A stretch of 64,000 nucleotides of DNA from positions 503 through 64,502 of the forward strand of contig JANQGX010000051.1 in assembly GCA_028282885.1 (NCBI GenBank), read 5' to 3'. The stretch comes from SAR324 cluster bacterium. Lineage in GTDB: Bacteria; SAR324; XYD2-FULL-50-16. The position numbers were made by a program, and so were the translations under genes. The notes beneath the pieces are model-generated. The model was given only the letters and a program-made list of their open reading frames with translations, was not told the DNA's origin and ran no database searches. Shown in pieces: positions 1-10,003 of the stretch (positions are counted from its first letter, which is position 1; every line of letters starts with the position of its first letter).

Positions 1-1004
1 CCAGCCTGCTTCAGAAAATATGGGATACACGGTTGGGGCAAACCCGAATCCATCTGATCCTCTGTGGCTCGGTCATGTCGATCATGCACGACGAACTGCT
101 CAGTTACAAATCTCCCTTGTATGGACGCAGAACCTCTAATATTCACCTGAAACCATTAAAATTCGCTCATATCGGCAGGTTCATAAAAGGCGTTTCCAAG
201 ATTGATCAAATGAATATCTACGCCTCCTTCGGTACCGTTCCTAAGTATCTTGAGCTATACAATAGCCGTCGATCATTCTGGCAGAATGTTGCATCCCAGA
301 TTCTGGATCGAAACTCCTATCTCTACCCTGAAGTCAAATTTCTTCTCAAGGATGAAATCAGCCAACCGGTTACCTATTTCACCATTTTGGAGATCATATC
401 CCGCGGTGAGACCAAAATCGGCAAGATCGCCGGTAAACTGGGAGTCCCGGCTTCTTATCTTTCTCGCTACATGCAACGACTGAACGATCTGGATATCGTG
501 GAAAAGGAAGTTCCGGTTACAGAGCAATGGCCGGAAAAGAGCAAATTTGGACAATACCGGATCAAGGATAATTTCATCAAATTCTGGCTCCACTACGTCT
601 TCATGAACCAGTCTTACCTGGAGATCGGAAATGTGGAGCATGTTCTCAACAAAGTGAAAAAATCCTTTAACCAGGTCTTTGTCTCGTTTGCCTTTGAGCA
701 ATACGTAAAAGAACAGCTACTGGAACATCCCGAACATTACCTCGGTTTTGTGCCGGATCGGATTGGACGTTGGTGGGACAATCATGAGGAAATCGATCTG
801 ATTGCAATTGGCGGGAAGAATGTGGCGTTCGTTGAGTGCAAATGGCAAAACCGCAAAACCGATTACAATGTATATGCGGACCTGATGAGAAAATCAAAAC
901 TGGTGCGGTTGGATGATGGTTTGGAGAAGACCTTTGTTATATTCTCAAAAAGCGGTTTTGTGAAAGGTATGAGCAAACTCAACCAGAGGTTCTATACCTA
1001 TTGA
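1..1004 (+). CDS. C-terminal part of an AAA+ ATPase of the DUF234 / archaeal-ATPase family, partial at the window edge. The reading frame is open upstream of the annotated TTG at 33 back to position 3.
   Basis: Frame 3 is open from nt 3 with no stop (SLLQKIWDTR precedes the annotated start). The C-terminal region resembles DUF234-type ATPase tails. No Walker motifs are visible because the N-terminus lies outside the window. Confidence 0.45.
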   Translation, partial: SLLQKIWDTRLGQTRIHLILCGSVMSIMHDELLSYKSPLYGRRTSNIHLKPLKFAHIGRFIKGVSKIDQMNIYASFGTVPKYLELYNSRRSFWQNVASQILDRNSYLYPEVKFLLKDEISQPVTYFTILEIISRGETKIGKIAGKLGVPASYLSRYMQRLNDLDIVEKEVPVTEQWPEKSKFGQYRIKDNFIKFWLHYVFMNQSYLEIGNVEHVLNKVKKSFNQVFVSFAFEQYVKEQLLEHPEHYLGFVPDRIGRWWDNHEEIDLIAIGGKNVAFVECKWQNRKTDYNVYADLMRKSKLVRLDDGLEKTFVIFSKSGFVKGMSKLNQRFYTY

Positions 1005-1016
1005 TACCGAATTCTG

Positions 1017-1949
1017 TTACTCTTCGACGTTGTAATAAAGCACCACATCTGAACTCAACCACTGCTTTGGATCAACGCGAACATTATTGACGCTGAAACC
1101 AAAGTGTAGATGAGGTCCGGTGGATATCCCCGTGGATCCTATCTCTCCGATCTTGAAGCCTTTTTTCACCCAATCCCCTGCTTTAACATCGATCTTGCTG
1201 AGATGGCTATAGATGGTCGTAATCCCGTGACCATGATTGATCAGAATGATTTTACCATTGGACTTCATATTTTCTGCCAGGCTCACACGACCTCCGTTTG
1301 CAGCTTTAACCGGGGTCCCGGTCTTATTCGCTATATCGATCCCCTTATGATAAGAGGAGAATTTGCCGCCATTGTACTTTCGCCTGACACCAAAATCGGC
1401 ACTCATCCTGCCGTGGGTTGGTCTGCGAAAATGGGAAGAAAAATAGACCTTTTTGTCCTTCAGTCTTAAACTGGCACCAAGCTTGTTTCCTTCCCGACGC
1501 AGATTCTCGACATTCAACAGACTCATCTTCTTTTTGGTCAGGTTCACTCTTTGTAGCTTGAATCCGGCCTTTTCTATTTCAAGGAGAGCGTACAATCGAA
1601 CTTTCTCATCGTTTTTATCCCGGGCCTCAACCACTATTTTATACGATCCGGGCTTCTGAACCACTGGAATACCGATAAAAGAACGATACAGGTTCGGATA
1701 GGATTCATGCCAGATGCGATAAAGATGGAGAGATCTGTTCAGCCCCTTCAGTTCAACACTTTTCAATGGAGTAGCCGAATCCACAAAAACCGTGGTGGTT
1801 TGCCCCTGCTTTACCTGAGAGGGGGTTATGGTAATGCTCAGGTAATTCGAAGGTTTTAAGAGCTGTTCTGCAAAACCTTTGTTGATAGGCAATATCAGAA
1901 AAACAAGACATCCTGCCAGAAACAGGTAAACGGATTTGAAAATCGACAT
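1017..1949 (-). CDS. M23 family metallopeptidase (LytM-like), secreted
   Basis: N-terminal signal-like hydrophobic segment (VYLFLAGCLVFLILPINKGFA). Classic M23 motifs HGHGITTIYSHL ... GSTGISTGPHLHFGF. Confidence 0.85.
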   Translation of the reverse strand: MSIFKSVYLFLAGCLVFLILPINKGFAEQLLKPSNYLSITITPSQVKQGQTTTVFVDSATPLKSVELKGLNRSLHLYRIWHESYPNLYRSFIGIPVVQKPGSYKIVVEARDKNDEKVRLYALLEIEKAGFKLQRVNLTKKKMSLLNVENLRREGNKLGASLRLKDKKVYFSSHFRRPTHGRMSADFGVRRKYNGGKFSSYHKGIDIANKTGTPVKAANGGRVSLAENMKSNGKIILINHGHGITTIYSHLSKIDVKAGDWVKKGFKIGEIGSTGISTGPHLHFGFSVNNVRVDPKQWLSSDVVLYYNVEE

Positions 1950-2182
1950 GGGTTTAATGATGATTTGATGGTGTATCTTTCATTACATAGTCTGGTCTTC
2001 TCTTAACCCGTCCGGTACTGTTCTGTAAACCCGATAAACCGGAGGACATAAGATCTGCCAATCAAGTCAGCCAAATATTACATCGGCTTAATTGACAGGT
2101 TGAGACATTTACACCCCATTGGGTTGGTGATAGCCTGGACTTATAAACACACATTGATAACCCTGAAAAATAGGAAGGCTAT

Positions 2183-3355
2183 ATGAACACCAGGGATGAA
2201 GCAATTGCTATCCGATCCAAGCTCACAGAATGGCGCCATGCATTACACTCAATTCCTGAAACGGCTTTTGAAGAAGTTAAAACCGGAGACTATCTTGCTG
2301 AAGTATTACAATCTTTTGGAATGACAGTACAGCGGGGACTGGCCAAAACCGGCCTGGTTGCTTCCGTTACCAGAGACAAAGATGATCCGGAAAACTCCAT
2401 AGCGCTCAGGGCTGATATGGATGCGCTGAATATTACCGAAGAAAACACTTTTGGTTACTGCTCCAAGCACCCCGGAAAAATGCATGCCTGTGGTCACGAC
2501 GGACACATGGCAATGCTGTTAGGGGCTGCGCGGATTCTCTCCGAATCCAAAACATTCAGGGGAACTGTTCATTTTATATTTCAACCCGCTGAAGAACATG
2601 AGGGGGGTGGAAATGTCATCGTACAGGAAGGACTGTTTGAAAAATTCCCGGTCAAATCCGTGTTTGGTATGCATAATTTCCCAACTCTTCCAGCCGGCAC
2701 TTTCGCCATTCGTCCCGGTCCCTTGATGGCAGCGGTAGATGTTCTCGATATCACAATCAGAGGTGTAGGCGGACACGGTGCCATGCCTCATCTGGCTAAA
2801 GACCCTATCATTGGAGCAGCCCAGTTAATCAATAACCTGCAAACCATTGTTAGTAGAAATATCGATCCATTGGAATCTGCGGTATTTAGCATCACTATGC
2901 TTGAGGGGGGAACAGCCTACAATATCATTCCCGACCGGGTCACACTGAAAGGCACCATACGTTATTTCAAAAATGACGTGCAAAAAACGATACGTAAAAG
3001 AGTGGAGGAAATCGTGCAAGGGACCGCGTCGGCGACGGACCTGGATATATCCCTGGACTACCAACCCCACTACCCGGCGGTCGTCAATACAAAAACAGAA
3101 ACACAGCAGGCTATTGAAGCTGCCATCGCCACTGTAGGTAAAAGCAACGTGGATACCGACCTAACACCACTAATGGGATCGGAGGATTTCTCCTTTTTAC
3201 TCCAGAAGCGTCCGGGGGCCTATATCGGCATTGGTGGCGGTACTCCGGACAATTCCGTCAACCTGCATCGTTCCAGGTACGATTTCAACGATGATATCCT
3301 GGTTTTAGGAACCAGTTACTGGGTAAATCTGGTGGAGAGTCTGCTGCCGGTTTAA
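2183..3355 (+). CDS. M20D-family amidohydrolase (N-acyl-amino acid amidohydrolase / hippurate hydrolase-like)
   Basis: MHACGHDGH metal-binding motif. Overall layout matches the M20/M25/M40 family. A ribosome-binding site lies upstream of the ATG at 2183. Confidence 0.8.
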   Translation: MNTRDEAIAIRSKLTEWRHALHSIPETAFEEVKTGDYLAEVLQSFGMTVQRGLAKTGLVASVTRDKDDPENSIALRADMDALNITEENTFGYCSKHPGKMHACGHDGHMAMLLGAARILSESKTFRGTVHFIFQPAEEHEGGGNVIVQEGLFEKFPVKSVFGMHNFPTLPAGTFAIRPGPLMAAVDVLDITIRGVGGHGAMPHLAKDPIIGAAQLINNLQTIVSRNIDPLESAVFSITMLEGGTAYNIIPDRVTLKGTIRYFKNDVQKTIRKRVEEIVQGTASATDLDISLDYQPHYPAVVNTKTETQQAIEAAIATVGKSNVDTDLTPLMGSEDFSFLLQKRPGAYIGIGGGTPDNSVNLHRSRYDFNDDILVLGTSYWVNLVESLLPV

Positions 3356-3468
3356 TTAATGGCTGGTTGGTCTTTTCAATCCCAACATCTCAATCATTTT
3401 CGGCGAAATCATCTCGAAAAGAGACTTGTGAAACGGGCTGGGGAGTTACCAGATATGGCTCAACCGGA

Positions 3469-3912
3469 TTAGTGGATTGTATCCCTGGATATACAGGTGT
3501 TACAGATTCCTTCCACACGAACCTCTACCTTATCAATCTGCCCGGGAAAAGTCTTTTGAAGCGAACTGAAATCAACATCCATGCTTTCCGGATTGAGGCA
3601 GTCTACACGACCACAGATACTGCAGTAAAAATGCGGATGGCGACGATGATTCTTATTGGGGGCAAGACCGAAGTAAGAAAGCCTGCCCAAAGAATTCAGC
3701 CGTTCCACAAGTTGGTGTTCAACCAGAAGGTCAAGAATTCGGTAGACTGTAACCTTATTGATAGAGCTGTTTCTGCATAGTACCGTAAACACGTCGTTTG
3801 CAGAAAGTGGACATGTATTGTTCCCTATCACCTCAAGAACCATCAGCCTTTTGTCAGTGGCTTCCAATCCGGATTCGGACAACATCTCTTTGTAATCACA
3901 TTGTTGACACAT
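3469..3912 (-). CDS. zur: Fur-family metalloregulator, probably Zur (zinc uptake regulator)
   Basis: Fur-family motifs HRRHPHFYCSICG and C-terminal CNTC. It is the last gene of the operon with znuC and znuB. Confidence 0.7.
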   Translation of the reverse strand: MCQQCDYKEMLSESGLEATDKRLMVLEVIGNNTCPLSANDVFTVLCRNSSINKVTVYRILDLLVEHQLVERLNSLGRLSYFGLAPNKNHRRHPHFYCSICGRVDCLNPESMDVDFSSLQKTFPGQIDKVEVRVEGICNTCISRDTIH

Positions 3913-3934
3913 ATTTAATCTCCCATCTCTTCCC

Positions 3935-4780
3935 CTAAAGACCGACAGCTCTCATCTCCTGCTTTTTCAATCTTAATATTTTCTCCCCCAACAACACCAG
4001 CATAAAAACGATTCCGGATACCAGAATAATGGTTGCACCGGATGTCAGGTCAAATTTATAGGACAACCAGAGCCCGCTGATTGTAAAAATCAGTCCCAGA
4101 AGCGATGATCCCAACATCATTTGCAGCAGTGACTTGGAAAATTTCTCCATAATATATGGCGGGATGGTCAAAAGCGCGATTACCAGGATCAATCCCACAA
4201 CCTGAATCACCATAACAATGGCAATTGCCAACATGATCATCATTCCCATATAAAGGGCGTTTACCGGTACACCCCGTATTCGGGCGAACTCCTCATCATA
4301 AGATAACGCCAGCCATTGATTGTAAAAGAGCAACACTAAGCTGCAAACGAAGAGAACGATTACTCCCATTATCCATAAATCCGAACTTGGGACAGTCAAA
4401 ATGCTGCCAAACAAGTAGCTCATCAAGTCCACGTTGTAGCCAGGTGTCAGATCGAGCAAAATCACCCCGATCGCCATTCCCAGCGCCCAGACTACACCGA
4501 TAATTGTATCAGCCCGGTGACGGGCTTTCAGAGTTATAATTGACATCAGCATTGCCGCAACTACAGAGAATCCGATAGTTCCGGTGAGATAAGGCCAGCC
4601 AAAGAAAAACGCCAGACCGATTCCTCCATAGGCGGCATGAGCTATTCCTCCCGAGAGAAAGACAATCCGGTTAACCACAACAAGAGTGCCCATAAAACCG
4701 CAGATAATGCTGGTCAACAAGCCTGCAACCAGGGCATTTCTCATAAACTCAAATTGAAGGGCCTCCAGAATCATGGTCAT
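3935..4780 (-). CDS. znuB: Metal (zinc/manganese) ABC transporter permease ZnuB
   Basis: Polytopic membrane protein matching the ABC-3 permease family. Overlaps znuC by about 30 nt on the same strand. Confidence 0.8.
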   Translation of the reverse strand: MTMILEALQFEFMRNALVAGLLTSIICGFMGTLVVVNRIVFLSGGIAHAAYGGIGLAFFFGWPYLTGTIGFSVVAAMLMSIITLKARHRADTIIGVVWALGMAIGVILLDLTPGYNVDLMSYLFGSILTVPSSDLWIMGVIVLFVCSLVLLFYNQWLALSYDEEFARIRGVPVNALYMGMMIMLAIAIVMVIQVVGLILVIALLTIPPYIMEKFSKSLLQMMLGSSLLGLIFTISGLWLSYKFDLTSGATIILVSGIVFMLVLLGEKILRLKKQEMRAVGL

Positions 4781-5543
4781 GTGTATGGTTTCCTTTATAT
4801 TTTTTCCTTAACATCTCAACCGGACAGGCATCTTCCACCGTGCACCGAAATGCCAGATCAAGCGCATCCTCGGATCCTGGTGCCTGCATATGATAATGTA
4901 GCCGCTTGTTAACACAGGCAACCGACTTGAGGTAAGGTGTTATGGCATAAAAGTCGTGGCTCACCACCAGAATAGTAATTTTTTCATTTAGCTGCGCCAG
5001 CAATTTGAAGAAGTCTTCCTGCCCTCGGGCATCAATGCTTGCCGTCGGTTCATCCAGGATCAGAAGAGAAGGTTCAGTTACCAGCGCCCGGGCAATAAAA
5101 ACCCGTTGCCTTTGCCCTCCGGATAGCTCTCCTATGCGATGTGCTGCCAAATCAGCGATTTCCATCTTTTCAAGAGCCTGAAGCGCACTGGTCCTGTCTT
5201 CAGCACTGTATCTGCGTGCCGTCCAACCCGGATATATCCTGCCCATCAGGACCACATCCAATACAGTAACCGGGAAGTTGGTGTTGAGGTGCACATTCTG
5301 CGGAACATAGCCAATCTCGGCAGATGCTTTTTCAGGAGATTTCCCCAACACCCTGACCGATCCGCTATTGGGATTGAGCAGTCCGAGGATAATTTTTAAC
5401 AGCGTGGTCTTACCTCCTCCGTTTGGACCTATCAGGGCAACAAAATCGCCATCCTCGATAACAAGATCCACCTCCTCAAGAATCGGCTGCCCATTATATC
5501 CAAAACTAATTTGATTAAGCTCGATTACCGGCCGGTTCATCAT
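4749..5543 (-). CDS. znuC: Metal ABC transporter ATP-binding protein ZnuC with a His-rich C-terminal tail
   Basis: Walker [13 protein letters not shown] signature LSGGQRQR, Walker B LLILDEPT. The C-terminus is NHTHDHD. Confidence 0.85.
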   Translation of the reverse strand: MMNRPVIELNQISFGYNGQPILEEVDLVIEDGDFVALIGPNGGGKTTLLKIILGLLNPNSGSVRVLGKSPEKASAEIGYVPQNVHLNTNFPVTVLDVVLMGRIYPGWTARRYSAEDRTSALQALEKMEIADLAAHRIGELSGGQRQRVFIARALVTEPSLLILDEPTASIDARGQEDFFKLLAQLNEKITILVVSHDFYAITPYLKSVACVNKRLHYHMQAPGSEDALDLAFRCTVEDACPVEMLRKKYKGNHTHDHDSGGPSI

Positions 5544-5596
5544 CTTCCTGTAAATATTTGACTATTTTGGTCCGTCATATATTGGGTTACTTTCTG

Positions 5597-5640
5597 ATGC
5601 AATTTTATTGCATTACGATTCAAGATGCAATTGTTAATCG
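5597..5640. promoter_or_regulatory. Candidate Zur/Fur-type operator 55-95 bp upstream of znuC
   Basis: Perfect 7-3-7 inverted repeat ATGCAATtttATTGCAT at 5597-5613. The half-site GATGCAATT recurs at 5624-5632. ATTACGATT at 5612-5620 resembles one half of the Firmicutes Zur box. Confidence 0.3.
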
Positions 5641-6572
5641 CTGCTATATCTAATTAATTGTTATAGTGAAAATTTTCCAGTACGAAACGCTTCAACACCG
5701 GCAGTCTATCACTGGAAATATTTTTGCATACGTGAAATATCCTGAAATATTTGACCGAACGTAGGGTTAACGATGCAGTTTGGTGTTCCTGTAATTTTAG
5801 TTTTCTGGAAGTCATGGATAATAGCAAGCCAAGTATGAAGTCTCTGTTAAAAAAGCAAGGGAACCAAAATAGTAAAAAGATAGATGTTAGAAATGAAAAG
5901 CTGGTCAACGTCCAGCTCTTTGGCGATAAACCACCAGATTCGATTTATAATTTGCCCGAAAGATGATTCTCCCAAACAGGCAGCCGAGCAGATTGTTTTG
6001 AATCTGAGGTGGCTCTGGAAAATTGCCGTCTTTTAGTCTCATCTCTCGGTAATAACTTCAGTTGTATACGTACAGTACGAAGCAGAACCAGTTCCTTACT
6101 TAATAACAGAAAGAAACGCGAATCAATCTCAAAATGGGCCTATCAACCCGCGTTAGTGAACCTTCGATAGAGTCGAAAACCCGATCTGTTTTTCTCATTC
6201 GCTATCTCCCCTTCAAAAGGGAAACCAGATGATGAAAACCCACCCGGGTTGGGGAACTTGTGGTGAACGAATACATTATTGTAAAGTGTAAAGTTTCACT
6301 TGACATTTTTTCAACGCTGAAGGTAAGTAATGTATCAAGCAATCTCCACTGGATTTTTTAGGGGAAGGCGTCTTTTATAATCCTGGCATGGTAAACGTGC
6401 TGTAGTTTCCTTACTCCAAACCGGTCGACTGTTGGATGATGGAATCGAAAGAGGATTTTCACAATCAGTTAATGATATCCCGGTCGGGGTGTTAAGGTAC
6501 ATGAAACAGACAACGACAGACATTCAGAACAACAATGGGGTACGCCCCGAAAATCCAATCGATGGCGGCCCT

Positions 6573-7283
6573 ATGTTAAAAATGAAAGAATTGGTGAAGG
6601 CAACCGGATTGAGCAAAGCCACTATTCTTTATTATATTAACGTTGGCTTACTTCCAAAACCGGTAAAAACCAATCCCAACGTCGCTTTTTATCCCGCATC
6701 CTATGTGGAGACCCTGGGATTTATCAAACAATTACAAACCAAGCATCGTTTAAGTCTCTCCCAGATAAAAGGTATTTTAAAACAGAAAAGCAAGGGTCGG
6801 GAAGTTACACCCTTAATCGAGCTGAATGAAGTTGTTTTTGGGAAGGAAGAAGAGATTTCATACGATCATAAATCCTTTAGCGCTGCCAGTGGGTTGGATA
6901 AAAAAAGCCTGGATTTGGCTTTAAAACTGAACCTACTCAATCCCAAATCCAAAAATCGATTCGATTCGGAAGATGTTGCCGTCGGCCGAATGCTGAAGAG
7001 AAGTCTTGAGTTGGGATTAAAACTGGAGGATCTTGAATATTATCCCCGGTTAGCATCGAAAATCGTGGATCACGAAATGGATGTTCGCAGGGGAATTATT
7101 CGCAACAAGTCTTTTGAGGAAATCCTCTCTGTCACTCTCGAACTGACGAGCATTGCCCGATCTTTCAGGGGATATGTAATTGACAGGATTTTCCAGGAAA
7201 AGGTAAGCCAGCAGCAATTAAATGGGGAAAAGCCGGTACCATCCAAAGAGGCCGGTAATCTTTCAACTGAACTCGGAGAATAA
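6573..7283 (+). CDS. MerR-family transcriptional regulator with a C-terminal domain of about 170 aa of unknown function. The start is uncertain; the ORF is open from 6432.
   Basis: MerR HTH: MKELVKATGLSKATILYYINVGLLPKP. The stop codon TAA overlaps the ribosome-binding site/ATG of the next gene. Confidence 0.65.
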   Translation: MLKMKELVKATGLSKATILYYINVGLLPKPVKTNPNVAFYPASYVETLGFIKQLQTKHRLSLSQIKGILKQKSKGREVTPLIELNEVVFGKEEEISYDHKSFSAASGLDKKSLDLALKLNLLNPKSKNRFDSEDVAVGRMLKRSLELGLKLEDLEYYPRLASKIVDHEMDVRRGIIRNKSFEEILSVTLELTSIARSFRGYVIDRIFQEKVSQQQLNGEKPVPSKEAGNLSTELGE

Positions 7284-7284
7284 T

Positions 7285-8772
7285 ATGACCGACTACGACG
7301 TAATCGTCATCGGGGCCGGAAATGGAGGGCTTACGGCGGCTTTGACCCTGGCCAGATCCGGGGTTAAAACTCTGTTACTGGAGCAGCACAATATTCCAGG
7401 TGGGTGCGCCACGAGTTTTATCAGAGGACGTTTCGAATTTGAGGTAGCCCTTCACCAGCTTAGCGGGATGGGTACGGAAGACTTTCCGGGTCCCCTGCGC
7501 AACACCTTCAACGATTTGGGAATTGCGGAGGACATTGAGTTAGTGCAGATGGATAATCTCTACCGAACCATCTATCCGGGCAAACTTGATATCACTCTGA
7601 AAGCGGATCGGAGCCAGACGGTTACCACTCTTAGAGAGAGATTTCCAAAAGAAGGGGATAACATTGAAAGATTTTTCGATTTTCTCTACGATTACTGTAA
7701 TCAATGGATCCATGTTACCATGATCAGAGATCCTGAAGCCTCTCCTTCCAAGTACCCGCTCTTTTTTAAGTACGCACTTAAACCGATGCAGATAGTGATG
7801 GAGGAGTTTTTCTCGGATCCCTTGCTGATTCTGGCTTTAAGTATGTACTGGTCTTACCAGGGGATGCCACCGGAAAGACTACCCTTTGGTGAGTTCGCTA
7901 TTATTCTCTGGGCTTACACGGAGTTCAAACCATGGCATCTCAAGGGCGGATCCCAGGCTCTTTCCAACACCATTTTGAATGCCTTTCTTGCTGAAGGCGG
8001 CGAGGTAAGGTTTAATTGCGGAGCAAAAAAGATCAATGTAACCGAAGGTTCTGTTTCCGGGGTCATGACCGAACATGGTGATGATATTTCCGCGAAAAGA
8101 GTCATTTCCAATGCCGGCACCCATACAACCTATATTGATCTGCTGGACAAACAACATGTTCCTGAAAGCCGCTTTCGTGAACTGGGAGCTCGGAACGTTG
8201 GAACATCTGCAGTTTCTCTGTTTATCGGTTTCGATCGGGAACCTGATCAATTGGATATTTTTGAGACCACCAATTTCCTGACAACAACCACGGATAACAA
8301 CCAAGCCTATCGGGATACCAAAACCTTGAATCCGCCCCAAAGCATGCTTTTCACCTGTTATGATGTGGATGATCCCGAGTTCTCTCCCAAGGGATGCTGC
8401 CAGGGAGCCCTGATTGCCCTCAGTTATGGCGAACCTTGGTTAAGGATTCCGATCCACCAATATAACGACTTGAAATATCGTTTTGCGGAAGAGATGTTAA
8501 AGATCCTTGATCAGGCATTCCCCAAATGCCGGAACCACATTGAGGAGTTGGAAGTCGGAACACCCCTGACCCATATGCGATACCTGGGCCATCCGGGTGG
8601 CGCCTTTTACGGTTTTGACCAGCCGGCTAAGGATACCGAGCTTTTCATGGAAAAGGCTTCTCCGGTCAAAGGGCTGTTTCACACCGGAGCGACTGTCGTT
8701 TCCGGAGGTTTTCAACCGACTTTAATGTCCGGTGCTTCCACCGCCAGGGCTGTCATCAGATCAATCAACTGA
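7285..8772 (+). CDS. FAD-dependent oxidoreductase of the phytoene-desaturase (CrtI-like) family
   Basis: N-terminal Rossmann motif DVIVIGAGNGGLTAALTLARSG ... LEQHNIPGGCATSF. GGAG ribosome-binding site 7 nt upstream of the ATG at 7285. Confidence 0.8.
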   Translation: MTDYDVIVIGAGNGGLTAALTLARSGVKTLLLEQHNIPGGCATSFIRGRFEFEVALHQLSGMGTEDFPGPLRNTFNDLGIAEDIELVQMDNLYRTIYPGKLDITLKADRSQTVTTLRERFPKEGDNIERFFDFLYDYCNQWIHVTMIRDPEASPSKYPLFFKYALKPMQIVMEEFFSDPLLILALSMYWSYQGMPPERLPFGEFAIILWAYTEFKPWHLKGGSQALSNTILNAFLAEGGEVRFNCGAKKINVTEGSVSGVMTEHGDDISAKRVISNAGTHTTYIDLLDKQHVPESRFRELGARNVGTSAVSLFIGFDREPDQLDIFETTNFLTTTTDNNQAYRDTKTLNPPQSMLFTCYDVDDPEFSPKGCCQGALIALSYGEPWLRIPIHQYNDLKYRFAEEMLKILDQAFPKCRNHIEELEVGTPLTHMRYLGHPGGAFYGFDQPAKDTELFMEKASPVKGLFHTGATVVSGGFQPTLMSGASTARAVIRSIN

Positions 8773-8786
8773 CAAAAGGGGGATAT

Positions 8787-9950
8787 ATGAAAGGCACCAT
8801 AAAGAACCAGATTGAGGGCTATCCGGAAATAAAGAGTGAGATAGCTGTATTACGCAAACATGCTCTGGACAGATCGGTGGAAAGGGGCCAGATGATGGAA
8901 ACGATTAACCGGCTCCATCCCTCTCGCCTTAAACTGAAAATCTCAGATGTCGTCAAAGAGACCGAATCCACATCCACGTTACGATTGGTAGCTGCAGAGG
9001 GCTATTTGCCCCCTTTTCAGGCCGGACAGTTCATCAATGTCTTTCTTGATATTAAGGGTGTCAGAACCAGCAGACCGTACAGCATTTCCTCCCCTCCCAA
9101 TCAGATAGGATTTTATGATATCACTATCCGCAGGGTTGGAGAGGGATTTGTATCTGATTTCCTGCTTGATGATGTATCCCGGGGGGACATCATCACCAGT
9201 ACGGCACCAACCGGTAATTTCTTTTACAATCCTTTGTTTCACGGCAAAGACCTGGTCTATATTGCTGGTGGGAGCGGAATCACACCCTTTATGAGCATGA
9301 TTCGTGAAGTCACGGACCGGGGACTGGGCCGAGAAATCAGCCTGATTTACGGAAGCAGAACAGCGGACGATATTGTTTTTGGAGCCGAACTTGAAAGTCG
9401 ACAACGGCGGTACTCCAACCTCAAGGTTCATCACATCATCTCGGAACCTGAGGAGGGATACCAGGGATTGAGCGGTTTTATCACTGCCGATTTGATCCGT
9501 TCGCTGGTTGACTCAGTCGAGGACAAAATGTTCTATGTCTGCGGCCCCGAAGCATTATACGCATTCGTTCTGAAAGAGCTGGAACAATTGGAAATCCCGA
9601 AGCGAAAAATCCGCGTGGAAGTCTTCGGTCCGCCTGCCGAAATCAATAAACAACCGGGTTGGCCCGCATCTGTAAATCCAGGTGATACATTCAATGTCAG
9701 CCTCAATGGCAAGCACTCTATCAAGGCTGTTGCCGGAGAACCCTTAATGAATTCCCTGGAACGAAACCGCCTGGTAGTTCCTGCTTCATGCCGGTCAGGA
9801 GAGTGTAGCCTTTGTCGCACAAAGTTGTTGTCCGGTAAGGTTTATCAACCTGCCAGTGTCAAAATGAGAAAGTCGGACAGCAAATTCAACTATATTCATC
9901 CCTGCATGGCCTATCCCCTGGAGGATCTTGAACTGATGCTCCAGGCGTAG
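8787..9950 (+). CDS. Oxidoreductase with a ferredoxin-NAD(P) reductase-like FAD/NAD-binding module plus a C-terminal 2Fe-2S ferredoxin domain
   Basis: RPYSISS flavin-binding motif, GGSGITP NAD-binding motif, and C-terminal CRSGECSLC...C cysteine cluster. Confidence 0.75.
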   Translation: MKGTIKNQIEGYPEIKSEIAVLRKHALDRSVERGQMMETINRLHPSRLKLKISDVVKETESTSTLRLVAAEGYLPPFQAGQFINVFLDIKGVRTSRPYSISSPPNQIGFYDITIRRVGEGFVSDFLLDDVSRGDIITSTAPTGNFFYNPLFHGKDLVYIAGGSGITPFMSMIREVTDRGLGREISLIYGSRTADDIVFGAELESRQRRYSNLKVHHIISEPEEGYQGLSGFITADLIRSLVDSVEDKMFYVCGPEALYAFVLKELEQLEIPKRKIRVEVFGPPAEINKQPGWPASVNPGDTFNVSLNGKHSIKAVAGEPLMNSLERNRLVVPASCRSGECSLCRTKLLSGKVYQPASVKMRKSDSKFNYIHPCMAYPLEDLELMLQA

Positions 9951-10003
9951 AAACCCAAAATTAGGTCTTATATCCCCCTATACAAAAAAAATAAGGAGAT
10001 TTT

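Noticed and set aside
3367-3780. 137-aa plus-strand ORF
   Set aside because: Lies entirely antisense to the Fur/Zur gene, which has clear family motifs. No ribosome-binding site or motif of its own.
6300-6330. Perfect TTGACA about 270 bp upstream of the MerR gene, as a possible MerR-type long-spacer promoter
   Set aside because: No convincing -10 element at 18-20 nt spacing (TAAGTA/AGTAAT only weakly match), and it is far from the start codon.
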